From NCBI GenBank assembly GCA_965200965.1, contig OZ241744.1:288001-352000 (forward strand): a DNA stretch of 64,000 nucleotides, given 5' to 3'. This document shows positions 18,911 to 28,498 of the stretch, one piece after another; the stretch's first letter is position 1; each line of letters begins with the position of its first letter. The position numbers and the translations under genes were made by a program. The DNA is from an uncultured Candidatus Binatia bacterium. GTDB taxonomy: Bacteria > Desulfobacterota > Binatia > Bin18. The notes beneath the pieces are model-generated. The model saw only the letters and a list, made by a program, of their open reading frames with translations, made no database searches and had not been told where the DNA came from.

Positions 18911-21286
18911 ATGAAGATCTCACTCGAATGGATTTCCCAATACGTTGATGTGTCCGACATTGCCCCGGCCACGCTCGCCGAGCGGCTGACGATGGCGACG
19001 GCTGAGGTCGAAGCGGTGGAGACGCTGACCCGCAGTCTGGACGGGGTCCGGGTCGGCCGGGTAGTGTCGGTCGAAACCCTGTCCGATGCCAAGTCCTTTG
19101 TCCAGATAGAGTGCGGGGCCGATACGTTTAGCACGGTATGCGGCACGCCCGAGGTGCGGCCGGGTATGACCTCGGCCTTTGCTCCGGCCGGAACGCGGCT
19201 GGCTAACGGGCAGCGTGTAGAGGAAAGACAGATCGGCGGCCGGCCCAGCCAGGGGGTGTTGTGTTCGTCCGAGGAACTCGGCCTAGGTGGCGGGCGTGGC
19301 GGGATTTTGGACCTGCCCGAGTGCCTCAGCAGCGGCCGTCTGCTGGCGGAGCTGATTCCCCCCACCGACGCGATTCTTGAGATCGATAATAAGAGCCTGA
19401 CCCACCGGCCCGACCTGTGGGGCCACTACGGCTTGGCCCGCGAGGTGGCCGCGGTCTTGGGCCGGCCCTTGCGACCGCTGGAGCGCGCCGACCTGTCGGT
19501 CTATGACGCCCTGCCGGCCTATCCGCTCAGGCTTGAAGACGTGGAAAACTGCCCCTGCTACTGCTGTCTGGAACTCGGGGTGGCTGCGGTGCCGGCACCG
19601 CTGAGCATTCAGTACCGGCTGCACGCCCTGGGACAGCGGACGTTTAATATCCTGGTTGACCTGACCAACTATATCATGCTTGAACTCGCCCAGCCCATGC
19701 ACGCCTTTGACGGTGCCCGGCTGCACGCCGTCCGCATCGCTCCGTTTGGCCGCACCGCCATCTTTGCGACCCTGGACGGCCAAGACCGGGCCATGCAGCC
19801 GGACGACCTGATGATCTGGAATGAACACGAGCCGGTGGCCCTGGCCGGCATCATGGGCGGGCTGAACAGCGAGGTCGGCCAGGGCACGACCAGCCTGCTG
19901 CTGGAGAGCGCCAATTTCAGGGCGGCGCGCATCCGCCGCACCGCCGCCCGCCTCGGGCTGCAAACCGACGCCAGCCAGCGCTTTGAGAAACAGCCGCCGC
20001 CGGCCACGACCAAGCTGGGCATTGAGCGCTTTGTCCACCTGCTGGGCGAGGCCGGCCTCACGCCCGAGGTCCGCTCGCGCCTGACCTCCGCCGGTGAGTT
20101 GAAAGACGCCGTTCGGCGGCTGAGCATCCCCAAAGACTTTTTTGATCGGCGGATCGGCAACCCCATCTCCGGTGAGGACATGGTCTCTATCCTGAGCGCC
20201 CTCGGGTTTGAGGCCGAGATGGACACGGATGAGCTGCGGGTCGGTATTCCGCCGTTTCGGAGCGAGAAAGACATCTCGCTGCCGGTGGATATCCTGGAGG
20301 AAGTTACCCGCATTCACGGCTATGACAGCATCAAACCCCGGCTGCCGGACTTTTCGGCCGACACCGTAGCGTTTGACGACAGCCTGCGGACCGAGCACAA
20401 AGCCCGGCGACTGCTGGCTCAGGCCTACAAATTTTCAGAAATCCACACCTACAGTTGGTTTGATGAAACCTGGCTGAAAACCATCGCCTATGAACCGCCG
20501 GCCGCCCTGCGGGTGGCAAATCCCAGCGCTGAGCACAATGTGCGGCTGCGCACCAGCCTGATTCCCAATATCCTGGCCGTGGTCAAGAAAAACGCGCCGC
20601 ACAGCGACCAATTCCGTATCTTTGAGCTGGGTCCAGGCTATTGGGCGGTGGGAGAAACCGGGTGCCGGGAGGGCGTGCTGTTGTCTGGAGCCAGCTTTCA
20701 GCACGACAAAATCGCGCCCCTGGAAGACCATTTTCGGACGGTCAAGGGCGCTCTTGAAGCCCTGGCCGGCCAGTTGAATGCGGGGGAGTTGGATTTCGTG
20801 CCGGGGACCGAGACTCCTGCGCCGTGGCAGACCGCCGGCAGCCATGTCCAGATAAGCCGGGGGGCGAAGCCGGTTGGCAGCCTCGGCTTTGTGACCGGCC
20901 CGTTGTTGACCGAGCTGGCCGCCAAGGCCCAAGCTGTCTGGTTTGAGCTCGATTTCAGGGCTGTGGACGGCCCGCTGTTTCCCGAGGTCAGCTACCTGGC
21001 CGCCTCTCGGTATCCGGGCTCGTGGTGTGATTTTTCCATTGTCGCCCCGCTTACGACCAGCTTTGCCGAGCTGCTCCGCACCCTGGACGGCTTCTCGCAT
21101 CCTTTGCTCAAAAAACGCGAGTTTGTGAGGCGCTATACCGGCAAAGGACTTGACCCGGGCCTGGGCAGTTATACGTTTCGGTATTGGATCGAATCACCCG
21201 AGCGGACCTTGAGCGGTGAGCAAATTGAGGTCTTCCAGCAGGACTATCTCGCTTTCCTGGAGGCCAGCGGCCTGCACCTGCGCTAG
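18911..21286 (+). CDS. pheT: Phenylalanine--tRNA ligase beta subunit
   Basis: MKISLEW start; tRNA-binding OB fold; DNKSLTHRPD; QPMHAFD; LAGIMGG; DILEEVTRIHGYD; directly follows pheS. Confidence 0.95.
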   Translation: MKISLEWISQYVDVSDIAPATLAERLTMATAEVEAVETLTRSLDGVRVGRVVSVETLSDAKSFVQIECGADTFSTVCGTPEVRPGMTSAFAPAGTRLANGQRVEERQIGGRPSQGVLCSSEELGLGGGRGGILDLPECLSSGRLLAELIPPTDAILEIDNKSLTHRPDLWGHYGLAREVAAVLGRPLRPLERADLSVYDALPAYPLRLEDVENCPCYCCLELGVAAVPAPLSIQYRLHALGQRTFNILVDLTNYIMLELAQPMHAFDGARLHAVRIAPFGRTAIFATLDGQDRAMQPDDLMIWNEHEPVALAGIMGGLNSEVGQGTTSLLLESANFRAARIRRTAARLGLQTDASQRFEKQPPPATTKLGIERFVHLLGEAGLTPEVRSRLTSAGELKDAVRRLSIPKDFFDRRIGNPISGEDMVSILSALGFEAEMDTDELRVGIPPFRSEKDISLPVDILEEVTRIHGYDSIKPRLPDFSADTVAFDDSLRTEHKARRLLAQAYKFSEIHTYSWFDETWLKTIAYEPPAALRVANPSAEHNVRLRTSLIPNILAVVKKNAPHSDQFRIFELGPGYWAVGETGCREGVLLSGASFQHDKIAPLEDHFRTVKGALEALAGQLNAGELDFVPGTETPAPWQTAGSHVQISRGAKPVGSLGFVTGPLLTELAAKAQAVWFELDFRAVDGPLFPEVSYLAASRYPGSWCDFSIVAPLTTSFAELLRTLDGFSHPLLKKREFVRRYTGKGLDPGLGSYTFRYWIESPERTLSGEQIEVFQQDYLAFLEASGLHLR

Positions 21287-21301
21287 GCGAAGACACGGGC
21301 T

Positions 21302-22279
21302 ATGGAGACGGTTTTCAGCGGGATTCAGCCCTCCGGTGAGATGCACCTCGGCAACTATCTGGGGGCGGTCCGGAACTGGGTGGACTTACAGGATCAGTAC
21401 CAGTGTTTTTTCTGCGTGGTTGACTACCACGCCATCACCCAGGACTATGAGCGCGACGCCCTGTCCCGCCAGACCCTGGAAATGGCGGCCGATCTGATCG
21501 CCTGCGGCATTGATCCGGAGCGGTCGGTCGTGTTTGTGCAGTCGAGCGTGGCCGAGCATACCGAGCTGTGCTGGATTCTCGATACGGTCACGCCGTTTGG
21601 CGAGTTGGGACGCATGACCCAGTTCAAGGACAAAGCCGCCAAGCAGGCGGATAATATCAACGCCGGGCTGTTCAGCTATCCAGTGCTCCAGACGGCCGAC
21701 ATCATTCTGTACAAAGCCAGCCTGGTGCCGGTCGGCGTCGATCAGGTCCAGCACCTTGAGTTGGCGCGTGAAATTGTCCGCCGCTTCAACAAACGCTGGG
21801 GCGACTATTTCCCCGAGCCCCAGGCCCTGCTGTCCGGCACGCCAAAAATTCTGGGCCTGGACGGACAGGCCAAAATGTCGAAGTCGCTCGGCAACACCAT
21901 TGCCCTGGGCGAGGCCGACGAGCCGATTCGCCAACGCTTGGCCACCGCGGCGACCGACCCGCAGCGGGTGCGGCGCACAGATCCGGGTACCCCGGAGGTG
22001 TGCAACCTGCATACCCTGCACACCTTCTTTTCAGACGAAGAGCGTCTGGAATGGGTGCGGGCAGGGTGTCGCACTGCCGCTATCGGCTGTGTTGAGTGCA
22101 AGGCAGCCCTGGCCGATAATCTGATCGCCCATCTACGGACCATCCGCCAGCGCCGGGCCGAGTTCCAGGCACAGTCTGGCTGGATTGAAGAAATCCTGCG
22201 TGAGGGTGCCCGCAAAGCCCAAGCGGTTGCCCGACAGACGCTTGCCGAGGTCCGGGAGCATATTGGTCTGTGGGGATAG
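21302..22279 (+). CDS. trpS: Tryptophan--tRNA ligase
   Basis: FSGIQPSG.MHLGNYLGA, YPVLQTADI, VPVG.DQ, KMSKS. Confidence 0.97.
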   Translation: METVFSGIQPSGEMHLGNYLGAVRNWVDLQDQYQCFFCVVDYHAITQDYERDALSRQTLEMAADLIACGIDPERSVVFVQSSVAEHTELCWILDTVTPFGELGRMTQFKDKAAKQADNINAGLFSYPVLQTADIILYKASLVPVGVDQVQHLELAREIVRRFNKRWGDYFPEPQALLSGTPKILGLDGQAKMSKSLGNTIALGEADEPIRQRLATAATDPQRVRRTDPGTPEVCNLHTLHTFFSDEERLEWVRAGCRTAAIGCVECKAALADNLIAHLRTIRQRRAEFQAQSGWIEEILREGARKAQAVARQTLAEVREHIGLWG

Positions 22280-22404
22280 AGACCAGGGTGAAACGCTCCA
22301 GTTCTTTGGATCTCCGTTGTTTATCAGCGAGGGGTGCTGCTCTGGCTCGGTCTCCAGCTACAAGGCGCATGGAGGAGGGGCATGGGTCCTCCCGCGGCGG
22401 CGGT

Positions 22405-23862
22405 TTACCTAGGCGTTTTCGATGCTGCCGGGCGGGGCTTTGGCCGTGAGCTAGGTCGGTCTCTTTTTTCCAGATCGGCCAAAAAACCGTCCCGCCAGGT
22501 CTGGGCGGTACGCTCATGTACCCGCGTACTCAGGGCGCGCCAGCGCTCACGCCGTTCGGCCAAATCCATGTTCAAGGCCCGGTTGAGGGCGGAGGCCGTC
22601 CCGTCAATATCATACGGATTGACAATCAGGGTTTCGATCAGGTCTTCGGCGGTGCCGCAGAATTGGGACAGGAGGAGTACACCGGGGCTGTCGGTCTGAG
22701 CCGCAATATACTCTTTGGCGACGAGGTTCATGCCGTCCCGCAGAGGCGTGACCAGACACACATCGGCCTCGCGGTAAAACGCGGCCAGTTCCTCTTGGGC
22801 GTAGGACCGGTACAAATACCGCACCGGAATCCAGTCGTCCTCAGAGTAGCGTCCGTTGATCTCGCCGACCAAGCGATCAACCTCGCGCTTCTGGGTGGTA
22901 TATTCCGGCACCCGGGTGCGTGACGGGGCTGAGATCTGGGTCATGGACACCTGGTCGCGCCACGACGGGTGGCGATCCAGCAGTCGGTCAAAGGCCAGCA
23001 GGCGCTCACAGATGCCCTTGGTGTAGTCGAGTCGGTCAACGCCGAGCAAGATGCGTCGGCCACGAACCATCTTGCGCAGTTTGGTGGCTTGGCGACTGGC
23101 CTCGGGACTCTTGGCCCACTCGGCAAAGGTGTCGGGGTCGGTACCAATCGCGTAAACCCCGAGCTGAACCCTGGCCGGGCCGTGGCGATAGAGCCGCCCG
23201 TCAAACCTGCCGCCCAGCTCCGACTCGAGGGCGTCGGCGCAGTTTTTCCGGTAGCGTTGGGTATGAAAGCCGACCAAGTCATACGCTTCCAGGTCTTCCA
23301 GCAGGGGGCGGGAATGGGGCGAGATGGTCAAGATATCGACCGGCGGAAACGGAATGTGCAGAAAGAACCCGAGGCGTCCTTCCCAGCCCAGCCGTCGCAG
23401 CTCCATGCCCAGGGGGATGAGGTGATAGTCGTGGACCCAGACTAGATCGTTCGGTTTGAGCAGCGGGGCGAGGTGGGCGGCAAAATAACGGTTAATGCGC
23501 CGATAGGTGCGGTACTCGCTGCTGACAATCCGCACCTGGGCCGGAAAGCTGTGAAACAGCGGCCACAGGGTCCGGTTGCAAAAACTGACATAAAAATCGT
23601 GGACTTCTTCCTCTGACAGATTCACGGTCAGGAGTTGGACGGGGCCGATCTGGCGCTTCTGGGGGGCGCTCTGTTCTCGGCGGCGGGTGGCTTTGCCGCT
23701 CCAGCCAAACCACATCCCGCCGGTTTCCAGCAGGGCCGGCCGCAGGGCGCTGACCAGACCGCTGGCCGGCTGGTTGCGGGCGTCGGTCGGCGTCTTGGGG
23801 GTTGTCAGGTCTGGCGTGCGGTTTGAGACCACGACCAAACGGCCGCTCATTCTTGTTGGCAT
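22405..23862 (-). CDS. otsA: Trehalose-6-phosphate synthase (GT20)
   Basis: RLVVVSNR, WVHDYHL, FFLHIPFP, GVDRLDYTKGI, DGMNLVAKEY. Start may be the ATG at 23850. Confidence 0.93.
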   Translation of the reverse strand: MPTRMSGRLVVVSNRTPDLTTPKTPTDARNQPASGLVSALRPALLETGGMWFGWSGKATRRREQSAPQKRQIGPVQLLTVNLSEEEVHDFYVSFCNRTLWPLFHSFPAQVRIVSSEYRTYRRINRYFAAHLAPLLKPNDLVWVHDYHLIPLGMELRRLGWEGRLGFFLHIPFPPVDILTISPHSRPLLEDLEAYDLVGFHTQRYRKNCADALESELGGRFDGRLYRHGPARVQLGVYAIGTDPDTFAEWAKSPEASRQATKLRKMVRGRRILLGVDRLDYTKGICERLLAFDRLLDRHPSWRDQVSMTQISAPSRTRVPEYTTQKREVDRLVGEINGRYSEDDWIPVRYLYRSYAQEELAAFYREADVCLVTPLRDGMNLVAKEYIAAQTDSPGVLLLSQFCGTAEDLIETLIVNPYDIDGTASALNRALNMDLAERRERWRALSTRVHERTAQTWRDGFLADLEKRDRPSSRPKPRPAASKTPR

Positions 23863-23885
23863 GCTGATGCTTGCTCCCTAGCTGG

Positions 23886-25178
23886 TCACACATTCAGGCG
23901 GAAGTAACGAAAACCGCCGCCACCCCGCCAGTGGACCGCTTTTGACACCCCGCTCTGATCGGTTCCGTCAATAACCCGCCGGAGGCGGGGAAGAATGTGC
24001 GAGTGGCACTGCGGACCGTTGTCAATCAGCAGCCAGCGCCGGCCCATCTTCTGGGCTACCGCCCCGGTCGTGCCCGAACCGGCAAAGGCGTCCAGCACCC
24101 ACTCGTTCGGGCTGGTCGCCATCCCGATGATGCGCTTGAGCAGGGCTTCGGGTTTTTTGCCGTTCAGAAAATCGACGCCGCCCTCATCGCCTAGGCCGGT
24201 CGTTTTGATATCCGCCCAGAAGTCTCCCGGATGGACGGTCAGGTAATCATCGGCAAATAAGACCCGCATACGGGGCTGGTCAGCGGCCGGGTTGTAGTCG
24301 GCTTTGATGATGTAGAGTTTGCGCTGCGGCGTCTCTACCGTGAAGGCACCGCAGGGGCTGGGCAGCCCGGGGCGGCGGCGGTCGGCCAGACGCTTGGCCG
24401 TCGCGCTCGTGGCGCAGGTTCGAACGATCCGCCAGGCGTTCTGGTAGTGCCAGGCGTGCTGGCCGGTCCCGGTCGGCGCTTCCCGCCGGTAGACGCTCTC
24501 GGCCGGCTCAAAGCGAAACCGGGCGCAAATCGCGTCGGCGTGTCGGACCTCGGCCGGGCGGCGGTCCGGGTTGGCGATAATGGCCTTGAGGCACCGCACA
24601 TTGGTATAGCTCGTCTGACCGACCGCCAGGTTATACTCGTGGTCCCAGCCGCCCTTGCGCACCCGTTCGAGGTGCAGGCCACGAATACCCGACTTGCCGG
24701 CCAGGATGATATACTCCTTGAGTCTGGGCAGGCCACCGTATTTGAGGATGTTGGCCATTTTGACGCCGGTTGGTTCGGCCATTTTGACGCACACCACCTT
24801 GAGGTTGCGCTCCTCGAACAGTTCGGCCAGCAGCAGGTACAGGCGGACAAATTCATTGTCGTCAATCTGCACCGCCAGCAGCCCGTCGCCGCGCAACAGC
24901 GCGTGCAGCAGGCTGAGGCGCGGCCGCATAAAGTCCAGCCAGCGCGTGTGCCCTGGGGAGTCGTACAGGCTGCCGGCGGTAGTGTAGGGCGGGTCAATGT
25001 AGACGCATTTGACGGTCTGGCTGAACTCGGGCAGCAGCGCTTGCAGGACCGGTAGGTTATCGCCGAAGATCAGACGGTTGTGGTCCGATTCGTGGCGCAG
25101 GCTCTGCTGGGAAGAGAGGTAGGAGTAGCGGGGATCTTCCTGGAGGGTCGAGAGAGGGGGAGAAGGCGACGATGTCAT
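23886..25178 (-). CDS. Site-specific N6-adenine DNA methyltransferase, type III Mod-like (beta class), orphan
   Basis: LIFGDNL, YIDPPY, VQIDDNE, KKPEALLKRII, LDAFAGSGTTGAVA, W.GGGGFRYF. Start taken at the ATG at 25178. Confidence 0.88.
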   Translation of the reverse strand: MTSSPSPPLSTLQEDPRYSYLSSQQSLRHESDHNRLIFGDNLPVLQALLPEFSQTVKCVYIDPPYTTAGSLYDSPGHTRWLDFMRPRLSLLHALLRGDGLLAVQIDDNEFVRLYLLLAELFEERNLKVVCVKMAEPTGVKMANILKYGGLPRLKEYIILAGKSGIRGLHLERVRKGGWDHEYNLAVGQTSYTNVRCLKAIIANPDRRPAEVRHADAICARFRFEPAESVYRREAPTGTGQHAWHYQNAWRIVRTCATSATAKRLADRRRPGLPSPCGAFTVETPQRKLYIIKADYNPAADQPRMRVLFADDYLTVHPGDFWADIKTTGLGDEGGVDFLNGKKPEALLKRIIGMATSPNEWVLDAFAGSGTTGAVAQKMGRRWLLIDNGPQCHSHILPRLRRVIDGTDQSGVSKAVHWRGGGGFRYFRLNV

Positions 25179-25338
25179 GCGTGCCTCAGTTGTGTCAATT
25201 GACTGGCTGAGATGACTATAGCCGAGCTGACCACAAAACCCAAGGCGATGACAAGCGGACGGTCTGCCACACATTGACAGTCAAGGCACCAAGCGATAGG
25301 CGTGGGGTGCAACAGCACCCACACAAGGAGCAGGCCGC

Positions 25339-26121
25339 ATGGACAAGCTGCGTGTCATCTCGGCTGACTCACATATGACCGAGCCGCCTGACCTGTGGAC
25401 CGTTCGGCTGGACAGGCGGTTTCAGGAGCAGGCCCCGCGAGGTGTTCGCCGTCCGGACAAGCCCGGTCATTTTTCCACCGCGCCCGGTATCACCCCGTTT
25501 CCGGTGGCCGGCGGGTTTTCAACCGGGCGGGGCGGCGAAGCGCTCAAAGCGCATCTGAACAGTGGCTACGAAGTGGCCCGCCCAAGCGGCTGGGACCCGG
25601 TCGAGCGGCTTACGGATCAGGACATCAACGGGGTCGAGGCCGAGGTGCTCTATACCATCCCGGGTTTAGCTCTGTTCCAGCTCAGCGATGTGGCGCTCCA
25701 GCAGGCGTGCTTTCGGGTCTGCAACGACTGGGTGGCCGGGTTTCGCTCCCACAGTCCAAAATGCCTCCATCCGGTTGCCCTGATCCCGCTTGAGGAGATT
25801 CCGGCCGCAGTTGCCGAACTGCACCGCGTCGCCAAGCCGGGCCTCAAGGGCGGGATGATCCAGGGCCGCTCCGCGAAGCCCAGCGACTATGCCCGCCGCC
25901 AGGTCTGGGCCACCTTTCAGGACGACCCGGTCGGTCCGGCCAACTATCGCTTCTTTGGCGCGGAGAACTGTATGTGGACCTCGGATTTTCCGCATACCGA
26001 CACCACTTGGCCCAACTCACGCCGGGTCATTGCCCGGGACTTTGTCGGCGTACCGGCCCGCATCACCCGCAAGATCGTGTCTGAGAATGCGGCCCGCCTG
26101 TGCCGGATTGAGTTGGAGTAG
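25339..26121 (+). pseudogene. Amidohydrolase_2 family protein with an apparent large in-frame internal deletion
   Basis: ISADSHMTEP N-terminus and WTSDFPH C-terminus are present, but it is only 260 aa versus 388 aa for the paralog at 31153. GGMIQG runs directly into KPSDY. Confidence 0.65.
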
Positions 26122-26147
26122 TCCGGGCCATGCCCGTCCGGCGACAG

Positions 26148-27110
26148 TCAGACTGCGGCCTGCTCGGGCTTGGCGTCACGGACCTCTGCCGGTACGGGTT
26201 TGATGTCCCATACCAGGCCGACCCACGACAGCATGACAATGATGTAATAGGTGAGATCAATTTCCCACCAATAGAAGCCCTGCCGGGCAGTGTTGGGATA
26301 GTGGTGGTGGTTGTTATGCCAGCCTTCGCCAAAGGTCAGCAGCGCCAGAAGAAGATTGTTGCGGCTGGCGTCGGGCGTCTTATAGCGGCGCGTGCCGACA
26401 ACATGGGCCACCGAGTTGATCGTGTAGGTGATGTGGTAGAGAACGACGGTCGAGACAAAGAACCAGACCAGCATTTGCAGGCCGCTGGTGCCCAACTCGG
26501 CGGGCAGGAAGACCCCCAGGAAAAACACGGCCGTGCCGGCCAGAAAAGAGACCAGCAGGTCAAAGCGGTCCAGAAAGCGCAGTTCCGGGAACTTGGCAAA
26601 ATCTGGAATGAGCCTGAACTTGGTGGGAAAGTTGACCGGGGCCGTAAACCAGCCCATATGACTCCACAGGAAGCCGTGCTGGACGGGCGAGTGGGCGTCT
26701 TCCGGCTGGTCGGAATGGGCGTGGTGGTGGCGGTGGTGGGCGGCCCACCACAGGGGGCCGCGCTGGATGGCCGAGGTACCAATCACCCCGAGCAGAAACT
26801 GAAACCAGCGTGAGGTCTTAAACGTCCGATGCGAAAAATAGCGGTGATAAAAGCCGGTAATGGCAAATGTCCGCAAGACATACAGGAAGCCGGCCACCGC
26901 CACCGCCGGCCAACTCCAGCCCACCCAGATCACCCCTACGCACATCAGGTGGATGGCGATATACGGGGAAATGCGAAACCAGTCGGGGCGTTGCTCGCCT
27001 TCCTCTGATGATGAAACGAGCGTTTTCGACCGGGCCTCAGCGTCAATGTAGTGTAGAAATGTGTCAACAAACGGAATGCGGATCACTGTGCTCTTCTCCC
27101 TCAGCCTCAC
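26148..27110 (-). CDS. Acyl-CoA/acyl-lipid delta-9-type fatty acid desaturase
   Basis: His boxes HRYFSH, HHRHHH, GEGWHNNHH; TM helices. Confidence 0.92.
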   Translation of the reverse strand: MRLREKSTVIRIPFVDTFLHYIDAEARSKTLVSSSEEGEQRPDWFRISPYIAIHLMCVGVIWVGWSWPAVAVAGFLYVLRTFAITGFYHRYFSHRTFKTSRWFQFLLGVIGTSAIQRGPLWWAAHHRHHHAHSDQPEDAHSPVQHGFLWSHMGWFTAPVNFPTKFRLIPDFAKFPELRFLDRFDLLVSFLAGTAVFFLGVFLPAELGTSGLQMLVWFFVSTVVLYHITYTINSVAHVVGTRRYKTPDASRNNLLLALLTFGEGWHNNHHHYPNTARQGFYWWEIDLTYYIIVMLSWVGLVWDIKPVPAEVRDAKPEQAAV

Positions 27111-27305
27111 CCTGGGCGTGCCTGTTGTGTAGCAGACCTCTGCGGACCGTGTAAGCGGGCCGGTTGCCGGGTCGGTCCCTATCTACCAGCCAGGCAAAGG
27201 AAGTCAATCACACCCGGAAAAAATGTCGGTCCTCCTGGAAATCAAGTGGCCGGTTTCCTCCCTCAGTACTGGAAGTGTATGAGGACAACTTGAGCAGGAG
27301 CGGAT

Positions 27306-28490
27306 ATGTCTCGTGGTCTTATGATCGCTGGCTTGGCACTGCTGGGTGGCGTGCTGGGCGGCATGTATGTCCTCAGTACGCCACGCCAGCCGGAGACGGT
27401 CCGGGCCAGCCTGTCGGTGGGCCAGGCGCTGGGGGGTGATACGGCCGGTTTTGCCCGGGCCACCACGCCGCGCGCACTGTCGTTCCCGCACGATCACGGA
27501 CCGCATCCCGCGTATCGAACCGAGTGGTGGTATTACACCGGCAATCTTCAGACCGCCGGCGGTCGTCATTTTGGTTTCCAGTTGACCTTTTTTCGGTCGG
27601 CCTTAGCCGCCGAGGTGGCAGTTCGTGAGTCTGCCTGGGCAACGGCCCAGGTCTATATGGCCCATCTGGCGCTGACCGATGTGGATATGGGGCGCTTTTA
27701 CGCCTGTGAGCGCTTCAGCCGCGCCGCCCTCGGACTCGCCGGGGCGCGGGCCCAGCCGTTTCAGGTGTGGGTCGAAGACTGGTCGGCCCAGGCCCAGGAC
27801 CCGGACGGTCTGCCGGTGCGCTTGCAGGCCGGGCAGGGTGAGATTCGCCTTGATCTGCAACTCCACAGCGCCAAACCGCTTGTCCTGCACGGCGACCGGG
27901 GGCTGAGTCAGAAGGGGCCAGGGGTGGGGAACGCGTCGTACTACTACTCGCTGACCCGGATGCCGACCCGGGGAACGATTCGTATTGCTGATGAGACGTT
28001 TCAGGTCAGCGGAGCGAGCTGGATGGACCGCGAGTGGAGTACCAGCGTGTTGGGAAAAGACTATCGTGGCTGGGACTGGTTTGGGCTTCAGCTGTCTGAC
28101 GACAGCGAGCTGATGTTTTTTCGGCTCCGGCGGGCCGATGGCCAGCCCGACGGGTTCAGCAGCGGAACCCTGGTCCGGCCCAATGGCGAGACCCTGCGCC
28201 TCGGCCAAGCCGATATCCGGGTTGAGGTGGACGACTACTGGCGCAGCCCGCGTGACGGCACCCGCTATCCGGCCGGCTGGCGGTTCCAGATTCCCGCCGA
28301 GCGGCTGAGCTTTGAGCTGCGACCGTATGTGGCGGACCAGGAACTGCCGCTGTCCATCCGCTATTGGGAGGGGGCGGTGGCACTCCGGGGCCAAGTCGCC
28401 GGCCGACCGCTGGCCGGCCACGGCTATGTTGAACTGACCGGCTATCACAGCCCCTCCCCCGGGGTCTCGGGCCTGGTCCGCTCCCCGTAA
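27306..28490 (+). CDS. Lipocalin-like AttH/CrtC family secreted protein
   Basis: FPHDHGPHP.YRTEWWY, GFQLTFFR, SYYYS, WMDREWS, GWDWF, YWEGAV, GYVELTGY. Confidence 0.88.
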   Translation: MSRGLMIAGLALLGGVLGGMYVLSTPRQPETVRASLSVGQALGGDTAGFARATTPRALSFPHDHGPHPAYRTEWWYYTGNLQTAGGRHFGFQLTFFRSALAAEVAVRESAWATAQVYMAHLALTDVDMGRFYACERFSRAALGLAGARAQPFQVWVEDWSAQAQDPDGLPVRLQAGQGEIRLDLQLHSAKPLVLHGDRGLSQKGPGVGNASYYYSLTRMPTRGTIRIADETFQVSGASWMDREWSTSVLGKDYRGWDWFGLQLSDDSELMFFRLRRADGQPDGFSSGTLVRPNGETLRLGQADIRVEVDDYWRSPRDGTRYPAGWRFQIPAERLSFELRPYVADQELPLSIRYWEGAVALRGQVAGRPLAGHGYVELTGYHSPSPGVSGLVRSP

Positions 28491-28498
28491 GCGACGCC

